Shown: one piece after another, positions 1 to 7,717 of the stretch | How positions within the stretch are numbered: position 1 is the first letter of the stretch | How the letters are laid out: the number at the start of each line of letters is the position of its first letter | NCBI GenBank assembly: GCA_963676835.2 | Contig: CAXXFF010000002.1 | Location: forward strand, 1,728,001-1,792,000 | Length of the DNA stretch: 64,000 nt | Direction: 5' to 3' | Source: Marispirochaeta sp. | GTDB taxonomy: Bacteria > Spirochaetota > Spirochaetia > JC444 > Marispirochaetaceae | Position numbers and translations under genes: made by a program | Notes under the pieces: model-generated | Told to the model about the DNA's origin: nothing | Seen by the model: the letters and a program-made list of their open reading frames with translations, nothing else | The model's database searches: none

Positions 1-1560
1 CACCTGACATTTTTTGAAATGCTTGGTAACTGGTCTCTCGGAGACTATTTCAAGGAAGAAGCAATCCGGATGAGCTATGAGTTCCTCACCTCTGGTGAGT
101 GGCTGGGTATAAGCCCCGATAAGCTTTCGGTTACCGTTTTCGCCGGTGATGATGATTCTCCCCGGGATGACGAGTCTGCAGAAGTCTGGCGTTCCCTTGG
201 TATCCCCGAGGAAAGAATCTACTTCCTTCCCAAAGAGGATAACTGGTGGGGTCCTGCGGGCCAGACAGGTCCCTGCGGCCCCGACAGTGAGATGTTCATG
301 GATACCGGCCGTGAAGCCTGCGGTCCGGACTGCCGGCCCGGCTGTTCCTGCGGCAAGTACTTTGAGGTGTGGAACGACGTTTTCATGCAGTATAACAAGC
401 AGGCCGACGGCAGTTTTAAAATGATGGACCGCAAGTGTGTCGATACCGGCATGGGAATTGAGCGGACCATTACCATTATGCAGAAGAAATCCTCGGTTTA
501 TGAAACCGAGCTTTTTACTCCCATAATCGGAAAGATCACCGAGGTCTCCGGTATTGCCTATGGCGGCGGTGATGATGCTGATACTTCAATCAGGATTATC
601 TCGGATCATGTAAAAACTTCCACTTTTATTATCGGTGATCCCCGGGGGGTGACTCCTTCTAATTTAGGGCAGGGGTATATTCTTCGCAGACTGATCCGCC
701 GTGCCAGCCGGCATGGACGGAAGTTAGGTATTCAGGGCGCATTTCTTGCTCAGCCTGCCCGGGTTGTCATTGATATGTATGCCGAGGTTTACCCGGAGCT
801 GAAGGAGAAGGCTGATTTCATTCTTGGCGAGATTACCGCCGAGGAGGAGAAGTTCCTTAAGACTCTTCAGAAGGGTGAGCATGAATTTGAGAAGATTCTG
901 CCTAATCTTGAGAAAAACCCGAAAAAGCAGATTCCCGGACGGCTTGCATTCAAGCTTTACGATACCTACGGCTTTCCCGTTGAGATTACCGAGGAACTGG
1001 CCGCGGAGCACGGTTTTACCGTGGACCGGGAAGGCTTTGATGCCGCGTATGCCAAGCACCAGGAAGCCTCAAAGAAGGGCGCTGACAAGACTTTCAAGGG
1101 CGGTCTGGCTGACCAGTCAGAGCTCACCACCCGGCTGCACACGGCAACCCACCTGCTGCATAAGGCTCTGAGGACAGTTCTCGGCGACCATGTCAGCCAG
1201 AAGGGCTCAAATATTACCCCCGAAAGACTTCGCTTCGACTTTTCCCATCCCCAGAAGATGACTCCCGAAGAGATCAAGTCTGTGGAAGATATGGTCAATG
1301 ATGCCATTAAAAAAGATCTGAAGGTTTCCATGGAGGTTATGAGTCTCGAAGAGGCAAAGACCGCGGGAGCCCTGGCCTTCTTTGGTGACAAGTATGAAGA
1401 GAAGGTAAAAGTCTATTCAATGGGTGATTTTTCCAAAGAGGTCTGCGGAGGCCCCCATGTGGAGAGCCTTGGCGAGCTCGGCAGCTTCCAGATTCAGAAG
1501 GAGCAGTCTTCCAGCTCCGGTGTACGTCGGATACGGGCGGTGCTCAAGCCTGCTGAATAG
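1..1560 (+). CDS. alaS: Alanyl-tRNA synthetase, short form (5' end lies outside the window)
   Basis: Frame is open from base 1 (HLTFFEMLGNWS). Motifs GPCGPDSE, DTGMGIER, editing HTATHLLH and EVCGGPHV. Ends at GVRRIRA with no C-Ala domain. Confidence 0.97.
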   Translation, partial: HLTFFEMLGNWSLGDYFKEEAIRMSYEFLTSGEWLGISPDKLSVTVFAGDDDSPRDDESAEVWRSLGIPEERIYFLPKEDNWWGPAGQTGPCGPDSEMFMDTGREACGPDCRPGCSCGKYFEVWNDVFMQYNKQADGSFKMMDRKCVDTGMGIERTITIMQKKSSVYETELFTPIIGKITEVSGIAYGGGDDADTSIRIISDHVKTSTFIIGDPRGVTPSNLGQGYILRRLIRRASRHGRKLGIQGAFLAQPARVVIDMYAEVYPELKEKADFILGEITAEEEKFLKTLQKGEHEFEKILPNLEKNPKKQIPGRLAFKLYDTYGFPVEITEELAAEHGFTVDREGFDAAYAKHQEASKKGADKTFKGGLADQSELTTRLHTATHLLHKALRTVLGDHVSQKGSNITPERLRFDFSHPQKMTPEEIKSVEDMVNDAIKKDLKVSMEVMSLEEAKTAGALAFFGDKYEEKVKVYSMGDFSKEVCGGPHVESLGELGSFQIQKEQSSSSGVRRIRAVLKPAE

Positions 1561-1578
1561 TAAGTAACTGCTTAGCTT

Positions 1579-2634
1579 TTAAAGCCGGGGTTTTGTCGCC
1601 AGTTGTCCGCAGGCGGCACTGACACCCCGGCCTTTTTTATACCTCAGTACTACAGTAATTCCCGATTTCTCAAGCTCGGCGGCAAAATGCCTTACCGTTG
1701 CTTCGTCGGGTTCTGCAAGCTCGACTGCTCTGCCGTCAACGAGCTCTACCGGAGGAATACCGTCGGCTGGGTTCCAGGGAATAAGGTTGATATTGCACTT
1801 AAGATCACGGGTGAACTCCCGTACTGTCCGGAGGTCTTCGGAGGTGTGGTTTATCCCTTTTAAAAGAACGTATTCGAGGGTAACCCTCCGGCCACCTCGC
1901 TCCTGGTACTCAAGTAATGCCTGTTTTAAAGAGGGCAGGGGGGCTGATTTCTCCACCGGCATAAGGGCGAGCCGGGTTTCATGCCGGGCGGTAACCAGGC
2001 TTACAGCCAGACGCACCTGAGGATGATCTTCTCCCAGCCGTTTAATGCCCTCCACCACACCGCTTGTGGAAACAGTAAAACGCCGCGGGCTCATGCTGCG
2101 TCCTTCCGGGTCTCTTAATATGCGGATACTTTTTGAGAGGTTTTCATAGTTGCGGAAAGGTTCTCCCATTCCCATAAAGACAACTGAATCAATGCTGCCT
2201 GCTCCGCCTGCAAGATGTTCAAGCAGGTAGAACTGCTCGATTATCTCAGCGGCGCTCAGATTGCGGATAAAGCCCATGGTGGCTGTTTTACAGAACCTGC
2301 AGCCCATGGCGCAGCCGACTTGAGTGGAGAGACAGGCTGTATAGCGGTCAGAACCGTCTTTTAACAGAACGGCTTCAACGAGGTTTCCGTCTTCCAGGGC
2401 TATACGGAGTTTTTTTGTGCCGTCTTCGGCGGTTTCGGAAATGTCCTCTGCCGAGGAGTAAACCGGCCCGGTTTCTGCAAGCTTCTGACGCATTGCCTGG
2501 GGAATGTTATTCATCTCATCCCAGGAGGAGACTCTCTGTACATGAAGCCAGCGGAAAATCTGACGGCCCCGGAATGCGGGGCCGTTGATTAGAAGTTCGG
2601 TTATTTCTGCGGACGTTTTATCGAGGATGCTCAC
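1579..2634 (-). CDS. rlmN: 23S rRNA/tRNA m2A methyltransferase RlmN (radical SAM)
   Basis: CLSTQVGCAMGCRFC, MGMGEP and C-terminal AACGQL motifs. Confidence 0.95.
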   Translation of the reverse strand: MSILDKTSAEITELLINGPAFRGRQIFRWLHVQRVSSWDEMNNIPQAMRQKLAETGPVYSSAEDISETAEDGTKKLRIALEDGNLVEAVLLKDGSDRYTACLSTQVGCAMGCRFCKTATMGFIRNLSAAEIIEQFYLLEHLAGGAGSIDSVVFMGMGEPFRNYENLSKSIRILRDPEGRSMSPRRFTVSTSGVVEGIKRLGEDHPQVRLAVSLVTARHETRLALMPVEKSAPLPSLKQALLEYQERGGRRVTLEYVLLKGINHTSEDLRTVREFTRDLKCNINLIPWNPADGIPPVELVDGRAVELAEPDEATVRHFAAELEKSGITVVLRYKKGRGVSAACGQLATKPRL

Positions 2635-2640
2635 GTCTGA

Positions 2641-3792
2641 TCAGCGGCCGAGGCGCAGATCGTCCAGCATATTGGAGACAAAACTGTTGCGGATTCCCAG
2701 GCGCTGAAAGCTGGAAAGAATTTCAATGGCTTTGTCTTTCTCGTGCAGCTTCAGATGGCAATCTGCAATCTCTGTGTAGAGCCGGTGGTTTTTCGGATCG
2801 TTTTTCAGCAATCCGTGAAGGCTGTCGATGGCATCCTGGTAGTTGCCCCGGGATTTATTGATAAGGGCAAGTCCGAGAATGGCGTAGGCATCAAACTCTA
2901 TGTTCAGTGCTTTGCGGTAGAAATCTTCCGCGTTGTCATAGTCGCCCATGTGGCGGTATGAGTCTCCCGCACGGGTAAGGATAACCTTGTTACGGGGATC
3001 CTTCTGCAGGATTCTCTGCCAGTATTCAAGGGATTCTTCGTGACGGTCCAGACCGCGGTAGCAGTCTGCCATGCCGAAGAGGGCATAAAAGTTATTGGGT
3101 TCCTGTTCCAGGGCTTTGCCGAAATAGATCAAACCCTTTTCGAAGGTTTTCAGTTTACGGTGACAGTTACCCAGGGAGGTGAGAACACGGATATCAACGT
3201 CTTCCTGCTTTACTTCAAGCATGCGCTCCCAGTATCTCAGAGCATCTTCATATTCCCGGAAATCATAATGAAGGTGACCCAGACCGATGAGGGCGTAGGG
3301 GTTGTTCTCTTCCATTTCCAGGACTTTAAGGTATATCTCTTTTGAGCGGCGGAAATCCCGAACCTTACGGTAGGCATCAGCCACTCGGGTAAGCACGGTG
3401 ACGTTGCTGGAATCGTGCTCCAGGTAGCGCTCCCATATATCTATGGCATTGGAGTACTGATGCAGTGCTTTATAGCAGTCGGCAAGACCGAAGAGGGCAT
3501 AGTTATTCCCCGGGTGTGAGGCCAGACAGAGCTGGTAATACTTTATTGCATCACGGTGATGATTCTTTTTGCGGGCAGCATCACCAAGGCCGACCAGGGC
3601 ATAGTTATTATTATCATCCATTTCAAGGATGCGGTTGAAGCATACTATGGCATCTTCGATGAGATTTTCCTTAAGCAGCTGGTAACCGCGCTTTGAAAGT
3701 TCGGAAATTTCATTAAGCCTTTCTTCTTCTGCCTTCTGTTCCGGTGTGAGCTCTCTGATCTCGTCTTTGATCTCTTCTGTATTATCGCTCAT
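2641..3792 (-). CDS. Tetratricopeptide-repeat protein
   Basis: About 10 tandem TPR motifs (NxYALxGLxD/C...). Upstream of rlmN in the same orientation. Confidence 0.9.
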   Translation of the reverse strand: MSDNTEEIKDEIRELTPEQKAEEERLNEISELSKRGYQLLKENLIEDAIVCFNRILEMDDNNNYALVGLGDAARKKNHHRDAIKYYQLCLASHPGNNYALFGLADCYKALHQYSNAIDIWERYLEHDSSNVTVLTRVADAYRKVRDFRRSKEIYLKVLEMEENNPYALIGLGHLHYDFREYEDALRYWERMLEVKQEDVDIRVLTSLGNCHRKLKTFEKGLIYFGKALEQEPNNFYALFGMADCYRGLDRHEESLEYWQRILQKDPRNKVILTRAGDSYRHMGDYDNAEDFYRKALNIEFDAYAILGLALINKSRGNYQDAIDSLHGLLKNDPKNHRLYTEIADCHLKLHEKDKAIEILSSFQRLGIRNSFVSNMLDDLRLGR

Positions 3793-3805
3793 ATCTTTTA
3801 CCTCT

Positions 3806-4135
3806 TCATTCTTTTAACCATTTACGTACGATCGATGACATTGTTTCAATCAGCACATCGCGCCTGTCCGGCGCAGGAGCGATCCAGTACATTTGCAGTG
3901 CTTCAATGTGTCGGTTCTTTTTTTCGTAGTACTGGCCGATTCTTATCAGTCCGTCAGTATAGTTGGTTGTTAAAAAGATCCGCTTCGCCTTTTCAACTTC
4001 ACCCCGGTTGTACAGCTCGTTTCCCTTGCGTATCAGGGTGATTCGATCCTGGCTGGACAGCTTGACTTTGTTTTCGGTAGCTACCTTTATAAAGCCGCCG
4101 GCCGGAATCAGCTTTAACGCTTCGTCTCTTTTCAT
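3806..4135 (-). CDS. Hypothetical protein with a single TPR-like helix pair
   Basis: 109-aa ORF (LIRKGNELYNRGEVEKAKRIF). First gene of the apparent operon with the TPR gene and rlmN. Confidence 0.75.
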   Translation of the reverse strand: MKRDEALKLIPAGGFIKVATENKVKLSSQDRITLIRKGNELYNRGEVEKAKRIFLTTNYTDGLIRIGQYYEKKNRHIEALQMYWIAPAPDRRDVLIETMSSIVRKWLKE

Positions 4136-4254
4136 CTCACGCGAAGTCCGTTCATTTCACTATAGTAAAATCGTATAGTAAAATCAATATTTTGCAAAAA
4201 AAGAATTAGTAAAATAATCAAAATTCTCCAAACAGGGTAATTTGATAATAGTTA

Positions 4255-4845
4255 CTACTTTGTTAGAGTTCCCTTGGTGGATGCAACTGCGCCTTCACGT
4301 TTCCGGAATGCCTGTCCCAGGGCTTTTCCCAGGGCTTTAAAGAGGGCTTCCGCCATGTGGTGACTGTTTTCTCCATAGCGGCATTCCGCATGCAGGGTAA
4401 GTCCTCCCCGGGAGGTGAGGGCAATGAGGAACTCTTTTACCAGGCAGAGGGGAAAGTCTCCGGCGTATTCCTGGGGAAAATCCGCATTCAATACCAGAAA
4501 TGGTCTTCCCGCGGCATCCAGGGTAACTTCGCTCAAAGCTTCATCCATGGGAATAACCGAGTGCCCGAAGCGCTGAATTGGTCCGTACTGCTCGATCTCA
4601 TCCTTGAGTACATCGCCAAGCACAATGCCGGTATCCTCTACAAGATGGTGCGGGTCAACCTCGATATCCCCGGTGGCTGCAACCTTCAGAAAGAAGCCGC
4701 CGTGAAAGGCCATGGAGTTGAGAATGTGGTTAAAGAAAGGCACCGGAGTATCGATTTCCGGAGCAGTACTGCTGTCCAGATCGACCAGGAGTTTTATCTG
4801 AGTCTCTTTGGTGTTCCTTTCTTTTTCAATCCTTCGCGTTTTCAT
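4255..4845 (-). CDS. hisB: Imidazoleglycerol-phosphate dehydratase
   Basis: RNTKETQI, DPHHLVED, PMDEAL and NSHHMAEALFKA motifs. Confidence 0.96.
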   Translation of the reverse strand: MKTRRIEKERNTKETQIKLLVDLDSSTAPEIDTPVPFFNHILNSMAFHGGFFLKVAATGDIEVDPHHLVEDTGIVLGDVLKDEIEQYGPIQRFGHSVIPMDEALSEVTLDAAGRPFLVLNADFPQEYAGDFPLCLVKEFLIALTSRGGLTLHAECRYGENSHHMAEALFKALGKALGQAFRKREGAVASTKGTLTK

Positions 4846-4914
4846 GCAAACCTCTTGTTTTGTGTGCCCGGGTAAGGCTCAATTTGCGCCTTTATTTATG
4901 TCTTACTTACGTCT

Positions 4915-5526
4915 TTATTTAAGAGTATCGACGAAGCCCCGTATATCCTGAAATCTGAGCTTGAAATAGGCGGGATTGGCAATAAGATGAACATTGATAT
5001 CCGCAAGCTTCTCTATGACCTCAAGGTCATTGGCTACCAGGGTGCTGCCTGTTTCCACAAGGTCGACAATATAAGGTGTAAGACCGAGTACCGAGGCAAG
5101 TTCCACCGAACCGTTGAGTTTTATAACCTCAACCGGGAGTCCCCGGTCGTGAAAATAGTCCCGTGCGAATCTGGTGAACTTGCTGGCAACCTTAACCTGA
5201 CCGTTTACCAGAGAGAACTTATCTCCCTTGCGTCCGGCAAGACACATGGAGGTTGAGCCGAAGTCAAAGGTGTGAAGCTTTACAAAGGGGTAGCTGTATT
5301 CATAGAGCACGTCATCCCCGCAGACCCCGAGGCCGGCGATTCCATGGTGAATATAGACAGGCAGGTCGGCATTTTTCACCAGAAAAATGGTGATCTTTCC
5401 ATCCTTGTCATGGGCGACCAGTTTTCTTTTTTCAAATTCGACCTTCAGGCCAACCGATTCCATCCGTTCCAGAACCTGATCGGTGAGCCGTCCCTTGGGC
5501 AGGGCCATGGTTAAGGGGCTGTTCAT
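4915..5526 (-). CDS. hisG: ATP phosphoribosyltransferase, short form
   Basis: ALPKGRL, GSVELA and IVDLVETGSTL motifs. 203 aa, adjacent to hisZ. Confidence 0.96.
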   Translation of the reverse strand: MNSPLTMALPKGRLTDQVLERMESVGLKVEFEKRKLVAHDKDGKITIFLVKNADLPVYIHHGIAGLGVCGDDVLYEYSYPFVKLHTFDFGSTSMCLAGRKGDKFSLVNGQVKVASKFTRFARDYFHDRGLPVEVIKLNGSVELASVLGLTPYIVDLVETGSTLVANDLEVIEKLADINVHLIANPAYFKLRFQDIRGFVDTLK

Positions 5527-6614
5527 AAGTGTACTATCCTTCCTGATTCTCTTTTTGAGACAGCATCCTGGTATTTTTCCTTCAGACTTTTTCCTTCGGC
5601 ATTCTCGCTTTTCCCTGGAAGGGCAAAGCGTCCTGCATCGCCGATAAGGGGCTCTATTTTCCGCAGCAGCAGCGAGAAGCCGACTGATGGACTTTCAAAG
5701 CCGAAATTCTCAAGCAGTTTATCGTAACGTCCGCCGGAAATAAAGGCGGAATCTATGCCTTCAAGATAGGCCTGAAAAACTATACCCGTATGATAAGCCT
5801 GGCTGCCGGTTTCGGAGAAATCAATTCGAATAGATGACGCCGCGGAACAGCAGTCCAGCAGTTCCGTCAGCTCCTGCAGGTGATTCAGCAGTTCCAGGTA
5901 ATCCTGATTGATTTTCCCTTTCAGGGATGCCATGTAATTTCGGAACTCCTCAGGGCTGCCGATAAATGCGAAAAGATCGAGGAGCACTTCTTTCCGGGAT
6001 GCATCCGTCTCAGTAAGCAGGCCTTCCATGGTCTTTCTGTCCCTCAGGGCCACGGCTTTAAAGAACTCTTCCTTATCTTCTTCGTTCAAGCCTTCAGCGG
6101 CCTTGTGAACGATTGCTGCCGAGCCGATGTGGAGGACTGCATCCACTTTAAGAAAAGAGAGGATCTCGGCAACCATGAGCAGGATTTCGCCGTCTCCGGC
6201 GGTTCCGGGAACACCGACAAGTTCGGCGCCTACCTGGTAGAACTCATTCTTGGATATATCATTGCTCTGCTGGTGCCGCAGGATGGAATCCGCATACCAT
6301 ACCCGTACAGGCAGGTCTTCCGCAGTAAGGGCCATGCCTAACTGTTTTGCGAGAAAAAGGGTTACATCCGAGCGCAGAAGCAGCAGGTCGCCGTCACGGT
6401 CCATAAGCCGATAAGCCTTGCCGGTGCCGCTTTCGCCCAGGAGAGGTTGATAGATATCGTAAAAATCGAAAACCGGGGTTTCCGCCGGCAGGTATCCCCA
6501 GCCGGTAAAGATTTTGTCAATTTTGGCCAGAATCCTGCGGTGCCGGAATGCCTCTTCCAGAAAAAAGGCTTCAGTCCCCGGGGGAATCTGCAGCAGCCGT
6601 CGTTTAGGGGTCAT
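5523..6614 (-). CDS. hisZ: ATP phosphoribosyltransferase regulatory subunit
   Basis: HisRS-like (LRSDVT, EFYQVGAE, YHTGIVF, GGRYD), with a 4-bp overlap with short hisG. Confidence 0.93.
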   Translation of the reverse strand: MTPKRRLLQIPPGTEAFFLEEAFRHRRILAKIDKIFTGWGYLPAETPVFDFYDIYQPLLGESGTGKAYRLMDRDGDLLLLRSDVTLFLAKQLGMALTAEDLPVRVWYADSILRHQQSNDISKNEFYQVGAELVGVPGTAGDGEILLMVAEILSFLKVDAVLHIGSAAIVHKAAEGLNEEDKEEFFKAVALRDRKTMEGLLTETDASRKEVLLDLFAFIGSPEEFRNYMASLKGKINQDYLELLNHLQELTELLDCCSAASSIRIDFSETGSQAYHTGIVFQAYLEGIDSAFISGGRYDKLLENFGFESPSVGFSLLLRKIEPLIGDAGRFALPGKSENAEGKSLKEKYQDAVSKRESGRIVHL

Positions 6615-6709
6615 GGTGAATACTCCTTATGTAAAGCTCTGAAAACTTTTTTAAGCCTTCTTTTCGTCAAACGCTGTTTTCAGAGGTTCCCTCTTGCAAG
6701 GTAATGACG

Positions 6710-6738
6710 ACTATATCAGAAGGGGGCGCCTTAACCAA
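6710..6738 (-). promoter_or_regulatory. Putative sigma70 promoter of the his operon
   Basis: Minus strand TTGGTT-17 nt-TATAGT with an extended -10 TG. Confidence 0.55.
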
Positions 6739-6954
6739 GGGAGGTGAGGGGGCTTAGGGGGCTTAGGGGGATGATAAGGATATATAAGGATATGAAATGA
6801 AAGGTTAAAGATATAAGACCAGGTGAAAACAGGGTGGACGCCGGTCCCGGTAGATACCGGGGGGCAAGTCAGCTTTTTGTTAAAAAAAGGGAGTTTTTTT
6901 ACCTGAAAAGGGGAAGGCTGCGTGGTACAATCTCAAGTAGAAGGAAGGAAACAG

Positions 6955-7125
6955 ATGCGGGACTATCCCTTACCAGATCACGGGCTGTATTTAGATAAAG
7001 AGCTTCATGCACATTCGGGCTTTGCAGATGAGTATGAGCAGGAAATACCTGAAGCTGTAGATGAGCCTGCCGCAGATAATCTTTCCCGCAGACTTGAGCA
7101 GTGGCTCGGTCTTATGAACCGCTGA
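6955..7125 (+). CDS. Small acidic hypothetical protein (56 aa)
   Basis: TGnTACAAT promoter at 6923-6931 and AGGAAGG RBS before ATG 6955. Confidence 0.55.
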   Translation: MRDYPLPDHGLYLDKELHAHSGFADEYEQEIPEAVDEPAADNLSRRLEQWLGLMNR

Positions 7126-7147
7126 GTTTTATTCCCGGTACTATTTG

Positions 7148-7188
7148 TCTTCTCTTATTCTTCTCTTATTCTTCTCTTAGTCTTCTCT
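7148..7188. repeat. 11-bp tandem repeat (TCTTCTCTTAT), about 3.7 copies, spanning the rsmD stop
   Basis: Seen directly in the sequence. Confidence 0.8.
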
Positions 7189-7707
7189 GAAACGGTAGAA
7201 TCCAAGTCTGGACCTGCCGAATACCCGCAAATCAAAGCGCTCCAGGGGCCCGACATTCTCTCCCGGATCATCCTCCACGGGAAAGTGGATCATCAGCAGG
7301 CCGTCGTCTTCAAGCCGATCTGAGGCTTTCTGGACGAAGTCGCTTTTTCCCCCAAGAGGGAAAGGGGGATCAAGGTAGATATAGTCGAACTTTTCTCCTG
7401 GCAGGGCAAGATACCTTTCGGCGCTCATTATGTGCGCCCTGATACTGCTCTCCACTATGGAGATATTTTTCATCAGTACCGGCTTTTTGACCCGGTCTTT
7501 CTCCACCAGTACAACCGGTTCTGCGCCCCGGGAAGCTGCTTCTATTCCAACCACCCCGGAGCCGGAGAAGACATCCAGGAATGATTCACCGGCAATATTT
7601 CCCAGTATGTTGAAAAGGGACTCCCTCATTCTATCCATTGCGGGTCGGATTACCCCTTTGGGGCACTGTATTGTTCTGCCGCGGTAGCGGCCTCCGGTAA
7701 TTCTCAT
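7177..7707 (-). CDS. rsmD: 16S rRNA m2G966 methyltransferase
   Basis: MRITGG, RESLFNIL, DVFSGSG, EAASRGA and LDPPF motifs. Confidence 0.93.
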   Translation of the reverse strand: MRITGGRYRGRTIQCPKGVIRPAMDRMRESLFNILGNIAGESFLDVFSGSGVVGIEAASRGAEPVVLVEKDRVKKPVLMKNISIVESSIRAHIMSAERYLALPGEKFDYIYLDPPFPLGGKSDFVQKASDRLEDDGLLMIHFPVEDDPGENVGPLERFDLRVFGRSRLGFYRFRED

Positions 7708-7717
7708 GGTTTAATCC

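Noticed and set aside
6615..6920. Histidine leader peptide or T-box
   Set aside because: No His-codon run in a short ORF and no T-box consensus were seen.
7148..7188. 11-bp tandem repeat as a functional element
   Set aside because: It most likely arose by slippage duplication of the rsmD stop region and does not change the protein.
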